DNA of 60,873 nucleotides, filler included, from 6 parts of 6 records of this genome joined end to end with filler, not necessarily neighbours in it; one strand, 5' to 3'; numbered from the whole stretch's first letter, positions 17,691 to 28,243 are shown. Numbers and translations are program-made. Notes: a model not told the origin generated them from the sequence alone.

Positions 17691-20017
17691 TGTAGTGTCT
17701 CCTTTTTCCTCATAATTACATTGTTATTTAATCTATAGAGCCTTTCCTGATGAATAAACTCTATAATATTGTTATCATTAGTAATCTTTTCGACTCTAAA
17801 TTGTGAATCATCAATTTCGATTTCAATTTCACTTCCTAAGTAGTGTATTCTAAACTTTAGTCTTCTCCACTTTTCAGGAAGCGACGGATTAATCTGCAGC
17901 TTGCTATCTACCATCTTTACTCCGCCAAACCCCTGTACTACACACTGCCACATTCCAGCTTGGCTTGCTGCATGAATCCCTTCATCAGATGAATGCATAT
18001 TGGGACCTAAATCAATCAAACAGGCTTTTCTATACAAATCATAACTCTCATTCATTTTTCCTACTTCTTTTGCAAGAATCGAATACATTGAGTATGAAAG
18101 GCTTGAATCATGCAGGCATCTTTTCTCGTAATAATCAAAATTAGCCATCTTAGTATCCAAATCAAACATATTCTCATGGATAAAAAATAAATTCATCAAG
18201 TCAGCCTGTTTTGATATCTGCATGGAATTAATCTGCTCCATGTTATAATTCTTGTATATTGACAGTGCATTACCTTCTTTATACTTCGTCAAATCCAATT
18301 CTGGCAAAGACAGATATGTATCATCCTGCGGGATTACACCATTTTCATTTGTTTTTGGCAGGTATATTTTTTCCGACTTATCAATCCATAATTTAAAATA
18401 TTTATTTATGTTTAACTTTTCGTTCAACCTGTTGAATAAACCTTCATTAGTCACTTTTATCTCATCATAGTATTTAATTGCCTTTTTTATATTCCACCAA
18501 GCCATATAATTGGTGAATGCATTGTTGTCTACATGCTCTTTATATTCATCAGGACCAATTACATCTGTGATTTCATATCTGTCTTTATCCTGTATGTATT
18601 CCAACCTTGATTGCCAGAATATCGCTGTGTCAAAAATTAACTCGTAACCATACTGTTCCATGAACTTCTCATCGCCTGTAATAGTGTAATAATGATGTAC
18701 ACTATAAGCAATATCAGCAGAAATATGAATTTCTTTTATACCTGTCCACACCTTTTCAACTTCACCAGTTACAACGTTTGCTCCTCCGATAAGCGGAGTA
18801 ACTTCACCATCGTCCAGCCATGCCGACTCCCATGGGAACATTGCCCCCTCGTAACCATTTTGTTCTGCCTTTTTATGTGCACCTTTTAGGGAGTGGTAGC
18901 GATATTCCAGCAGCTTCCTTGCATTTTCAGGATTGCTATATAACCAAAAGTGCAGACAATAAAGCTCAGTATCCCAGAATGTATGACCTTTGTACCCCTC
19001 ACCTGTTAGTCCTTTCGCACCAATATTCATTCTTGCATCATGACTAGGCGTCATTATTACAAGATGATATAATGCAAATCTTAGTGATAGTACATCAAAT
19101 TCATTTTCACTCTCTATTTCAATTCCAATCCTGTACCAAATATCCGACCAGCACTTTTTATGTTTATCAAAAAGCTTTTCATAACCATAATCAGCTGATT
19201 TCTTTATTTTATCCAGTGACATATCCTTAATTTCTTCAATTGAATTATCCATATACCAAATATCTCTGGTTGTGTAGATATTCGATACTTTTTCTATAAC
19301 TAGTTCACTATCCTTAGCAACAGAAAAATTGAATTTTTGGTATATCTTTCTTCGTTTTATATCTATAGTTTTTTTATTTTCTTTTACATTAAAACTATTA
19401 GCAGTGTTTTGTATAAATGTTATTCCCGACTCATTGGTAATGGTTACTGAATGAATATATTTGCTGTCATAAAATCTCTTCTCACCTTCTATAAAGTGTT
19501 GAGAACCAGAATTGCTTACAGTTCCGTCAATACCACTTACTATTTTTATTTGTGCATCTTCAGTTTTTGGTATAATAATAATTTTTTGACATAGTAGATG
19601 CTTGTCATCCATTGACACAAAACGCTTAAAAACTAGTTCATATTCATTGCCTTTTGGTGATATCCAGTGCACATTTCGCACTAACTCAGCATTCTTAATA
19701 TTTAAATATCTTTCATAAGAAATAATCTTGCCCGATATTAATGAAAAGTTCTCACCGTTTAGTATTATCTTAATATTAGTTACATCTGCAGCATTTGGTA
19801 ATTCTGTTACTTCATTGCTAAAGGCTTTATTAAATGTACCTGCTACAAATAAGTTGCGTGTTTCTTCTGCATAGCTCTCTTCCAAACTACTGCGCAGTCC
19901 AAGATATCCATTGCCCGTTGCCATTAGTGATTCATATTTTGCTAAATGTTCGCTATCAAATGCGTTTTCTGCTAAAATCCAGTTTCTATATTCATTTTTC
20001 CTTAAATCGTACTTCAT
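17687..20017 (-). CDS. Glycoside hydrolase family 65 phosphorylase/hydrolase
   Basis: GNGYLGLR, IGAKGLTGEGYKGHTFWDTE, VIGPDEY (catalytic), KQAD and HDSSLS motifs. Confidence 0.95.
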   Translation of the reverse strand: MKYDLRKNEYRNWILAENAFDSEHLAKYESLMATGNGYLGLRSSLEESYAEETRNLFVAGTFNKAFSNEVTELPNAADVTNIKIILNGENFSLISGKIISYERYLNIKNAELVRNVHWISPKGNEYELVFKRFVSMDDKHLLCQKIIIIPKTEDAQIKIVSGIDGTVSNSGSQHFIEGEKRFYDSKYIHSVTITNESGITFIQNTANSFNVKENKKTIDIKRRKIYQKFNFSVAKDSELVIEKVSNIYTTRDIWYMDNSIEEIKDMSLDKIKKSADYGYEKLFDKHKKCWSDIWYRIGIEIESENEFDVLSLRFALYHLVIMTPSHDARMNIGAKGLTGEGYKGHTFWDTELYCLHFWLYSNPENARKLLEYRYHSLKGAHKKAEQNGYEGAMFPWESAWLDDGEVTPLIGGANVVTGEVEKVWTGIKEIHISADIAYSVHHYYTITGDEKFMEQYGYELIFDTAIFWQSRLEYIQDKDRYEITDVIGPDEYKEHVDNNAFTNYMAWWNIKKAIKYYDEIKVTNEGLFNRLNEKLNINKYFKLWIDKSEKIYLPKTNENGVIPQDDTYLSLPELDLTKYKEGNALSIYKNYNMEQINSMQISKQADLMNLFFIHENMFDLDTKMANFDYYEKRCLHDSSLSYSMYSILAKEVGKMNESYDLYRKACLIDLGPNMHSSDEGIHAASQAGMWQCVVQGFGGVKMVDSKLQINPSLPEKWRRLKFRIHYLGSEIEIEIDDSQFRVEKITNDNNIIEFIHQERLYRLNNNVIMRKKETLQ

Positions 20018-20020
20018 TTC

Positions 20021-22198
20021 CTAACCCTGTCCATTAACTATTAATTGTGCTTTTCCATCGTCTTCCAGCACTATATTCCAATCCTCTTTATTGCATGAGA
20101 CGTAGTATATTTCTTTTTCATCTTCTCTTTTAAATTCTAATGATAAAGTCATATCACCAATTTTTACATTTTTGATACTTGCTTCATTCCAATCAGCAGG
20201 CATACAAGGAGTAAGTACTACCCTATTATTATAGCTTTCAGGGTTTATACCAAATATGTATCTTACTATTGGATACATTGTTCCATATGATGTCCATTCC
20301 TGCACAAAACAGCCTCCTGTTGGACTTAGTTCAGACATAGACAACGGCATTTCCATTCCTATTGTACTTCCTATCATTTTTATATACTTGATCGCCTGTT
20401 CCACTCTTTTGTACTTAGCTTCACAAAGAGCAAGCATACCTGTTGAAATAGTCATAGCGAAACGTCTGCAAAGTGCATCAATATATAAGCCATAGTCACT
20501 TAGATATTCAGGTGATGACATCTTGTCAAGCAGTTTAACGGCTCTGTCATTATCAGCTAAATCCTGTTCCAAAGGTGTTAGTATTACCCAGTTTCTAAAA
20601 ATACTGACACCTAATTGTTCTTCCTTTGGGTACTGCATAATCTTATCAACAATATTGTCTAATGTTTCCTGTCTATGATTCCAGTCTTCAGGTAAAACAT
20701 TTTTATATACTTCCATAAACGAAGGATATGCTCTCTTAATTTCACTAGGTGTTGATACACAATCTGCGTATATTTGCTCTTTCTCAATCCAAAAGTATTT
20801 TTCAATTTGCTTTTTTGACTTCTTATATAGTTCTGAATACTTCTTTGAAATATCCTTTTGCCCAAATATATCTGCCATTTTGCTAATGCAATCCATAGCA
20901 GAACATGTATATACTACAGTATCAATTAATTCAGCATTAAGCCCTTTTATTTCTGTTATTCCATAACCGCTTGGAAAAAGATCACAATCTGAATCCATTT
21001 CGTTCATCAGCCAATCCATTCCCTTTAAGCAGTAGTCATACATTTCACCAAGGAATGGTCTATCGTTAGTCCATTTGAAGTACTCCCAAACAGCCATAAT
21101 AAAGTGTGGTGTTTCCTGGGTATTCCCCTTATTGTAAACAACTTGGCAAGTAGATATCTCATGCACTATACGTCCATTACCATTAACTTGCTTTGAATAA
21201 TCTTTCAAAATTCTTAAGATGGATTTTACTATATCGAACTGACCATATGACAGTAAAGCAAAAATACTATATGAGCTATCGCACCCGAAAACCCAAGGAT
21301 AGTCAGGCAATCCAGCTGATAAATATTTACCAATGCCCTCAACATCTCTTTTTAGCCATTGGTTATTTACCTTTGTGACATTGTAAATGAAATTCAACTG
21401 TTCATCAGGTGTGTTGATGCTACTTAAATTCTGAATAGCGTCATATTCTAACTGTTTTTGTTGAATTAATTCTTTCTCGCTGTCTCTTGTTTCATAAGCA
21501 GTAATTATTGCTTTTTGATCGTTTAATGATGATCCTGATATATAAAAATTAATTACCTTTTCTTCACCTGGTAATAGGTCAATATTAACCATAGTTTTTA
21601 TGTCACGACCCATTCCTATTTTTTTATTTGGTAATTTTTCAGTACTATTACAATCTTGTATTTGCCAATCGCTGTCAGACATAATACACGCAAAATGAGA
21701 ATTAATTTCATCTTTTGCTAAAATTTTTCCGTTTTCTTTCCAAGCTATGTCATCATTATTCTCCATCCCTTTTCTTTCAGCTGCCCAGGACGGCATTAGT
21801 TCTGTTCTGAAATAAGTGTAGAATTTTATATTCCTTTGCTCATCACTTGTATTCTTTAATATATATTTGATTACGCCGCAGCCTTTGTTTATTGGTATAA
21901 ATTGATTGCGTTCAATCTGTAAGTCAAGAAGATTATAATAAAATGATGTATCTAAATCAGTTACTTTTACTGAATCTGCTTTTTCCAAAAATAATTCTTG
22001 CCCATTTGATTCTATTTTGTTCCACATTCCGTCAAGAACCTTAAATGGATGAAGCCAAAATCCACCCATCTCATTTATGCTATGTCTGCCGAAATTTGGA
22101 TAAAGTCCATTTTGTGCACCAATAATGTACATCTTTTCCCCAAATGTACCACACAAATCATCAAGTCTGTATTCTTTTGTCTGAACAAAGTTATTCAC
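20021..22198 (-). CDS. (alpha/alpha)6 glycoside hydrolase, amylo-alpha-1,6-glucosidase/GDE-like
   Basis: AGLPDYPWVFGCDS and NGRIVHE motifs resemble GDE_C-type six-hairpin glycosidases; first gene of the sugar operon. Confidence 0.72.
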   Translation of the reverse strand: MNNFVQTKEYRLDDLCGTFGEKMYIIGAQNGLYPNFGRHSINEMGGFWLHPFKVLDGMWNKIESNGQELFLEKADSVKVTDLDTSFYYNLLDLQIERNQFIPINKGCGVIKYILKNTSDEQRNIKFYTYFRTELMPSWAAERKGMENNDDIAWKENGKILAKDEINSHFACIMSDSDWQIQDCNSTEKLPNKKIGMGRDIKTMVNIDLLPGEEKVINFYISGSSLNDQKAIITAYETRDSEKELIQQKQLEYDAIQNLSSINTPDEQLNFIYNVTKVNNQWLKRDVEGIGKYLSAGLPDYPWVFGCDSSYSIFALLSYGQFDIVKSILRILKDYSKQVNGNGRIVHEISTCQVVYNKGNTQETPHFIMAVWEYFKWTNDRPFLGEMYDYCLKGMDWLMNEMDSDCDLFPSGYGITEIKGLNAELIDTVVYTCSAMDCISKMADIFGQKDISKKYSELYKKSKKQIEKYFWIEKEQIYADCVSTPSEIKRAYPSFMEVYKNVLPEDWNHRQETLDNIVDKIMQYPKEEQLGVSIFRNWVILTPLEQDLADNDRAVKLLDKMSSPEYLSDYGLYIDALCRRFAMTISTGMLALCEAKYKRVEQAIKYIKMIGSTIGMEMPLSMSELSPTGGCFVQEWTSYGTMYPIVRYIFGINPESYNNRVVLTPCMPADWNEASIKNVKIGDMTLSLEFKREDEKEIYYVSCNKEDWNIVLEDDGKAQLIVNGQG

Positions 22199-22223
22199 AA
22201 GACTAAATCTCCTTCTTTATCAC

Positions 22224-22310
22224 CCAAAACGTTTTGGATTGGTTAAATTATATTCCTAAACGTTTCGGTTGTCAAGTAATATTTTGTTCAATTTTACCGA
22301 AAGATTTCGG
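22224..22310. promoter_or_regulatory. Three LacI-family operators
   Basis: CCAAAACGTTTTGG (22224-22237, perfect palindrome), CCTAAACGTTTCGG (22255-22268) and CCGAAAGATTTCGG (22297-22310), between the operon and the divergent lacI gene. Confidence 0.8.
22247..22275 (-). promoter_or_regulatory. Consensus sigma-A promoter for the sugar operon
   Basis: Minus strand TTGACA (22275-22270), 17-bp spacer, TATAAT (22252-22247). Confidence 0.85.
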
Positions 22311-22397
22311 ATAACTTGTATTTATATACAATTTGGTCTATACTATCATTACAATTATTAGAATGAATTAATAGAATGGAAGAAGGCATAATTTTGT

Positions 22398-23408
22398 ATG
22401 ACAACGCTTAAAGACATAGCAAAAAAAGCAAATTTGTCAATAACTCAAGTATCAAGAGCACTAAATAATCATGACGATGTCAGTGAAAAAACTAAAGAAC
22501 GAGTCAACCAAATCGCAAAGGATTTAGGCTACGTTCCTAATCAAATGGCAAGAAATCTGTCAAGTAAATCAAGCAACAGCATTGGTTTGATAATATCGGG
22601 ATTTCATGAAAGTGATCCATATGATACTTCAATAAACAACATTATAAAAGGTGTATACTGGTACTGCAGTGAGCATGGCTTAGAAGCAATACTGCACGTT
22701 ACTAATACCCATGCAAAAAACAATAAATCATTCACGCACTTTTGTCGTGAGCATAACCTGAAGGGAGCACTGTTAATAGGTGTATCATCAGATGAACCTT
22801 ATCTACAGGATTTAATTAAATCTCAATATCCCTGTGTTCTGATAGACATACCTGTTGATACAAAAAATGTAGGAAGCATCAGTATAAATGAAGTAGCTGC
22901 CAGCAAAGAAGCTGTTGAATACTTAATAAGAAATAACCATAAAAGAATCGCCCTTATGAAAGGTCGTGAACATGCTGCAGTATCAACGGAACGTGAAGAA
23001 GGTTATAAAAAGGCTCTGGAAAATAATGATATAGAACTAGATGAAAATCTGATTCTAAATGGTAATTTCAACAGTATAGATTCATACAGCAGCGCATATT
23101 CGTTTCTTAGCCAAAACAAGGATGTTACTGCAATATTCTGCCAATCCGACCTTATGGCTCTGGGTGTCATGAATGCCTGTAGGGATTTAAATATAAAAAT
23201 ACCTGATGAATTGTCAATTGTCGGTTTTGATGACAATCCTTTATCGAATTTTGTCAATCCTCCTCTAACAACTGTACGTCATGATATGTACAAGAAATCC
23301 TACTATGGTACACAGCTTCTAATGGATATAATAAATAAAAAAGTTGGAAATCATAATATAATCTTAGACCACGAATTAGTAATAAGAAAATCTGTGAAAA
23401 TGATATAA
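22398..23408 (+). CDS. LacI-family transcriptional regulator
   Basis: TLKDIAKKANLSITQVSRALN HTH, GYVPNQMARNL hinge, SIVGFDD and PPLTTV motifs. Confidence 0.96.
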   Translation: MTTLKDIAKKANLSITQVSRALNNHDDVSEKTKERVNQIAKDLGYVPNQMARNLSSKSSNSIGLIISGFHESDPYDTSINNIIKGVYWYCSEHGLEAILHVTNTHAKNNKSFTHFCREHNLKGALLIGVSSDEPYLQDLIKSQYPCVLIDIPVDTKNVGSISINEVAASKEAVEYLIRNNHKRIALMKGREHAAVSTEREEGYKKALENNDIELDENLILNGNFNSIDSYSSAYSFLSQNKDVTAIFCQSDLMALGVMNACRDLNIKIPDELSIVGFDDNPLSNFVNPPLTTVRHDMYKKSYYGTQLLMDIINKKVGNHNIILDHELVIRKSVKMI

Positions 23409-23590
23409 TTATAGGTCGGCTTCCATACAGCCTAGCACTTTTACGATTATCAATTAGCATACATAAATATACAAAAAAAGTGACTGATAAGAGTCATTTT
23501 AAACAGAGTAAAATTGCTCACCTATTATTTTAATTACATGATTTTTACTCAAATACTGTGTAAATGCTTTACTTGTAAACCTGAAAGTCT

Positions 23591-24089
23591 TTATCCTTGT
23601 ACTTTTAAAATCTTTACTTCATATCCTCCAAGGCTTATTATCCCACAAGTATCAATATCTCCTAAAACATCATGATATTTCACATCTTGTAAGTCTATTT
23701 GCTTCTCTTCCAAAGTAAAATTCATAATAAATACAAATTTATTCTTATTATCATATCTAGTCTGAACAGAAATACCATATGGAATATCAGAATTTATTTT
23801 TCATTAGATAGCTATAAAAATCCTTTTCAAATTCACAGTTATTTCTAAAAGCTATATAATAAGCTTTACCTGCTCCAAATGTATTTACTGTTAATGCTGG
23901 ATAATCAGCATAGAAGTCGTTTTCATATACGCCTATTGTCTGTGCTATTTCTGTATGAATAATATCACATATATCAATTGCCTTGTAACTTTTATCTTTT
24001 AAATTATCTATGGTTAGCAGAACATCATTTTTATCATCAGTATAAAGTCCGTCTGTTTCTTCTGACCATATACCTAACACTTTTCTTAA
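23591..24089 (-). pseudogene. GH42 beta-galactosidase C-terminal remnant (5'-truncated, frameshifted)
   Basis: LRKVLGIWSEETDGL...PALTVNTFGAGKAYYIA ends at a stop at 23787; the GH42 C-terminus (IPYGISVQTRYDNKNKFVFIMNFT...YEVKIL) continues in another frame to 23591. No catalytic domain upstream. Confidence 0.75.
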
Positions 24090-24193
24090 AGAAATTCAAG
24101 CTAAGCTCAATGAATGAAGTAGTGGAAATGGTAAATAGCCTCAATATTTTTGATTACTTAAGGAAAAAAGTACTCGCCTAAATTAAATAGCTA

Positions 24194-24400
24194 TTACTTA
24201 ATTTCCCTGAAAACAATACTATTGATAATTATTCCATCAGCTCCAAAGAATAGTCTAATATATTTTGTCATTGCCTTAAATTCATCTAGTGTTTGTGTAA
24301 TACTTTTTGTAATGCCATTTGTTCCATTACAGTTAATAGTACTTAATAGCCATTCATTCATATAAATAGGGACTACTGAAATACGCCAACAGTTCCTGAC
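24194..24400 (-). CDS. C-terminal fragment of a probable carbohydrate-active enzyme (beta-sandwich tail), truncated by contig end
   Basis: Open frame ...PIYMNEWLLSTINCNGTNG...KYIRLFFGADGIIINSIVFREIK*, reminiscent of clostridial GH3 C-terminal domains. Weak call. Confidence 0.35.
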   Translation of the reverse strand, partial: VRNCWRISVVPIYMNEWLLSTINCNGTNGITKSITQTLDEFKAMTKYIRLFFGADGIIINSIVFREIK

Positions 24401-24401
24401 T

Positions 24402-24501
24402 NNNNNNNNNNNNNNNNNNNNNNNNNNNNNNNNNNNNNNNNNNNNTTAATTAATTAANNNNNNNNNNNNNNNNNNNNNNNNNNNNNNNNNNNNNNNNNNN
24501 N
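24402..24501. other. Artificial contig spacer
   Basis: N44-TTAATTAATTAA-N44. Confidence 0.98.
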
Positions 24502-25074
24502 CAAACAAATATTCTTTCATTAAATGCAGCAATAGAAGCTTCAAAAGCCGGAGAACAAGGTCGCGGTTTTAACGTAGTGGCTGCAGAAGTAAGAAAACTA
24601 GCAGAGAATAGTAAAAACATGGCTATTGAAATAGTTAAGTTGGTGAACGACAGTGTTGAAATGACGCAAAGCGCCAGTCACAGTCTGGAGGAATTAGTAC
24701 CTACAATCCAACAAACAAGTAAATTGGTTCAGAATATTACTACTGCAGGTCTCGAACTTGAAACGGGAGTAAATCAGGTAAGCACAGCATTACAGCAAAT
24801 AAATGCATCAACAGTTCAAAATGCAGCAGGGAGCGAAGAGTTAGCTTCTGGAGCAAAGGAATTATCCAGTCAATCAGCACACTTAATGAAATTGATATCC
24901 TATTTTAAAACAGGCGATTCGTACGTAACAGTTCAGAAAGAAGTTAGTGCAAGCGATATATTAAAAAGCGAAGAACCTGTAGATTTAATAGTAGATGAAA
25001 AATCAGATGTAATTAAGGATATTAATCCCCAATTTGAAAAAGAACTTGATTCTGAGAATTACGAAAAATTTTAA
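24502..25074 (+). CDS. Methyl-accepting chemotaxis protein, C-terminal part (5' truncated)
   Basis: Frame open from 24502: [35 protein letters not shown] hairpin-tip signature. Confidence 0.93.
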   Translation, partial: QTNILSLNAAIEASKAGEQGRGFNVVAAEVRKLAENSKNMAIEIVKLVNDSVEMTQSASHSLEELVPTIQQTSKLVQNITTAGLELETGVNQVSTALQQINASTVQNAAGSEELASGAKELSSQSAHLMKLISYFKTGDSYVTVQKEVSASDILKSEEPVDLIVDEKSDVIKDINPQFEKELDSENYEKF

Positions 25075-25088
25075 CTTATTAAAACTTA

Positions 25089-25120
25089 ACAAAAAGATCT
25101 TCATGTGAAGATCTTTTTGT
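25089..25120 (+). terminator. Intrinsic terminator
   Basis: Perfect inverted repeat ACAAAAAGATCTTCA/TGAAGATCTTTTTGT. Confidence 0.8.
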
Positions 25121-25426
25121 CATAAGTATTATACTGAATTTCAAACAACAACAACACACTAACACATACAACACTATATATCTGTACATTAACAAACATA
25201 ATTACCTTAATTCTAAATTTCTAAATCCACTTTTAGATTATTTAAACTTTCTGTTATTTGAATTTATAAATCAAATATTCTAATTCTTTAACCAGAAGAA
25301 AAAAAACTTATATCCTATTTTTTTGCTCCTTCATCACTTCACGCATATCCACTTTTCATAAATAAAGAAGTATTTGAGATACCTGATTTATTTTTGTAAA
25401 TGCAAAAACAAAGAGAGGAGCACACG

Positions 25427-27496
25427 ATGAAAGAACGAACTAATTGCACAAACCCTAAAGGTAAAAACAAATGGAGCTCATCCATTAAATTCAAAACAAA
25501 CCTGATATTAATATCAGTTCTTGCCGTTTCATTTACTATCATGACATTTACTGTCTATAAATCTATCCATAATCGGATAACTGAGGACATTAATGAAAAT
25601 ATGATTAGCCATTTGTCCGATTTAAAAACGATTTTAGATAATCATGTAAAATCAAGACAAAAAATGGTTAACATGGCTATAACTATTGCAAATAATGCAT
25701 TAAGTAAACATGGCGAAATTATCGAAACAAACTCTAACATTGAAGTTGTTGGAATAAACCAAAAGTCAAAAACAAAATCTGTATATAACATTCCCAAATG
25801 GGAAATAGAAGGCACTTCATTATACCAGAATACAACAATTGTTGATGAGATTAAGAGTTTATCTGTGGAATCAGTAACTATTTTTCAAAAGCTTGAAGAT
25901 GGATATCTAAGGATTTCTACTAATGTAAAAAAGGCAGATGGTAAAAGGGCAACCAATACATATATTCCAAATTCATCAGAAGTAATTAAAACAATAGAAA
26001 AAGGTAATACCTATTTTGGAAGAGCTTTTGTTGTTGATTCCTGGTATTTAACTGCCTATAAACCTTTATATATAAATAATGAAATAAAAGGGATACTTTA
26101 TGTAGGTGTAAAAGAGATAGATTACGCTGAAATAAAACAGGTATTTGCCAGTAAAAAGTACTTTAAAAATGGTTATCCGTTTTTAATTGATAAAAATGGA
26201 AATTTCATTATTCATCCATCTAAAGAAGGAGAAAACTTTGCTCAAGCGCACTTCTTTAAACAACTTATTAATAGTAAGGAAGGTGATTATAAAAATTCGT
26301 ATCTATGGCCGGAAACAGGTGACAGTAAAGAGAAAATTCAATTCTTTACTTATTTTCCGCCATATGAAGCTTATATTTCCACTTCAATTTATCAAGAAGA
26401 TGCCTTTGGTGGCCTTCGTAAATTAATCAATATTGTATTGGGAATTATCCTTGTAAGCGCTTTTCTTATATATTTTATCCTGAATGGTTATTTAAGTCCG
26501 ATAATTAACCAATTAAAGAAGCTGGCAAATGCTACCAATATTATATCCTCAGGTGATTTAACCATTGAAGTTAAGTCAAACAGAAAAGATGAATTAGGCC
26601 AACTTTCTGATGGTTTAAGAAGTATGACTCATAAACTCAAAGAAATAATTGAGCAAATAACGATGAGTTCTCATCAAATCAATACTTCTGGCGTTGAACT
26701 AGATAGTACTTCACAGAACTTATCTACATCAGCATCAGAACAAGCCTCTTCTATTGAGGAAGTATCTTCGGTTATTGAAGAAATTTCTACCGGAATTACA
26801 AATAACTCAGAAAATGCATTAGCAACAAATAAAATAAGCAATCAGGTTGCTTCTGAAATAAAAGATGTAAATCAAAAAGCTCAACTGGCTGTTGACTTAA
26901 ACAACGAAATCGCTGAAAAAATAAAAATAATTGATAGCATCGCTGCGCAAACCAATATTTTATCATTAAATGCTGCAATAGAAGCATCAAAAGCAGGTAT
27001 GCATGGACGAGGATTTAATGTAGTTGCAGAGGAAGTGAGAAAATTAGCTGAAATCAGCAAAAGCAGTGCTCAGGAAATTATTCAGCTTGTTACGAAAAGT
27101 GTTGCCATGACAACAGCAGCTAAGGATAGCCTACAAGAATTAATTCCATCGGTATTAAAATCAAGTCAGATAGTTAAGGAAATTACTTCTGCAGGAAAAG
27201 AACTTGAATCTGGGATCAATGAAATAAATCATTCCATTCAGGTTATTAATAATACAACAGCTGAAAATGCAGCAGGTAGCGAAGAACTTGCGGCTAGTGC
27301 AAAAGAACTATCTAATCAATCAAAAGGTTTACTTAAATTGGTTTCGTATTTTAAAACAAACAAAAGCACAACATCACGCAAGGAAGTATCTGCCAGTGAT
27401 ATTTTAAAATCAAAAGAACCTACAAATCTTTATATTGAAGAAAAAATAGATATGAATGTAAAATCAGAATTGATTAAGGAAATCGAAAGATTATAA
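25427..27496 (+). CDS. Methyl-accepting chemotaxis protein with Cache sensor (Cache_3-Cache_2 fusion-like), HAMP and signalling domains
   Basis: Two TMs, YLRISTNV...YFGRAFVVDSWYLTAYKPL Cache motif, HAMP (RKDELGQL), [16 protein letters not shown] 25427 follows GAGGAG. Confidence 0.93.
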   Translation: MKERTNCTNPKGKNKWSSSIKFKTNLILISVLAVSFTIMTFTVYKSIHNRITEDINENMISHLSDLKTILDNHVKSRQKMVNMAITIANNALSKHGEIIETNSNIEVVGINQKSKTKSVYNIPKWEIEGTSLYQNTTIVDEIKSLSVESVTIFQKLEDGYLRISTNVKKADGKRATNTYIPNSSEVIKTIEKGNTYFGRAFVVDSWYLTAYKPLYINNEIKGILYVGVKEIDYAEIKQVFASKKYFKNGYPFLIDKNGNFIIHPSKEGENFAQAHFFKQLINSKEGDYKNSYLWPETGDSKEKIQFFTYFPPYEAYISTSIYQEDAFGGLRKLINIVLGIILVSAFLIYFILNGYLSPIINQLKKLANATNIISSGDLTIEVKSNRKDELGQLSDGLRSMTHKLKEIIEQITMSSHQINTSGVELDSTSQNLSTSASEQASSIEEVSSVIEEISTGITNNSENALATNKISNQVASEIKDVNQKAQLAVDLNNEIAEKIKIIDSIAAQTNILSLNAAIEASKAGMHGRGFNVVAEEVRKLAEISKSSAQEIIQLVTKSVAMTTAAKDSLQELIPSVLKSSQIVKEITSAGKELESGINEINHSIQVINNTTAENAAGSEELAASAKELSNQSKGLLKLVSYFKTNKSTTSRKEVSASDILKSKEPTNLYIEEKIDMNVKSELIKEIERL

Positions 27497-27517
27497 CTTA
27501 ATAGATTAAAATAACAC

Positions 27518-27552
27518 TAAAGGCTGCTCATAAAACCAATGAGCAGCCTTTA
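27518..27552. terminator. Bidirectional terminator
   Basis: TAAAGGCTGCTCAT/ATGAGCAGCCTTTA between convergent genes. Confidence 0.8.
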
Positions 27553-27576
27553 ATTTATGTCTTAAATATCTTGTTC

Positions 27577-28029
27577 TTAGAACTTCATGGTCACACCTAG
27601 TTTAGTGCTATAATTGGTTCCACCACCAAATTCCAGATTAATCCCCCATTTACTATCCCAGAAATAACGTCCTCCAATTTGCAATCCTAATTCCAAATCA
27701 TCTCCATACCCAAATACAAACCCTGCATTTGCTCCTGCATAAACGTCCCAGTCACTTGTAATTTCAAGCAAACGGTTAAAGTGATAATCACCTCTAAAAC
27801 CTAATGCTAAAACCGCATCATCATCAAATACGATCATTGCTTGAGGACCAATAGTCACTTCATCATGAACCGCAAAATCAACTCCACCATAAACTGGTAC
27901 ACCATGACTATTAAAACCTAATCCCATGTTTAATTGCTTCTCACCTTTAGATAATGGAGCTCTAAAACTCTGTGCATTAATAACTCCTGTTACTAAAACT
28001 AAAATTACTACAATACTTTTCTTTAGCAT
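27577..28029 (-). CDS. Small outer-membrane beta-barrel protein
   Basis: Signal peptide, alternating Gly/aromatic beta strands, C-terminal Phe. Confidence 0.75.
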   Translation of the reverse strand: MLKKSIVVILVLVTGVINAQSFRAPLSKGEKQLNMGLGFNSHGVPVYGGVDFAVHDEVTIGPQAMIVFDDDAVLALGFRGDYHFNRLLEITSDWDVYAGANAGFVFGYGDDLELGLQIGGRYFWDSKWGINLEFGGGTNYSTKLGVTMKF

Positions 28030-28243
28030 AATGATAACTTTATTGTTGTTTTTATTGTGTTAATTGATCGATTTACTTTAGCTAATTCCATAAAGTTAAT
28101 CCACCATTTTGTTGCGTTAGTCTTAATTAATTTAACCCTGACAAAAGTATAACAAAAAATTAATTACAAAACAGAGATTTCTGTGGAATACGGTATTCAA
28201 TTTTCTTATTTTTGAATGCTTTCATCCTTGAATACATTGTACT

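Noticed and set aside
23787-23789. TGA as selenocysteine or programmed readthrough in the GH42 fragment
   Set aside because: Homology continues in a different frame and the gene lacks its 5' part, which indicates decay rather than recoding.
25143-25200. ACA/ACAAC-rich tract between the MCP genes
   Set aside because: Low-complexity sequence with no regular repeat-spacer period.
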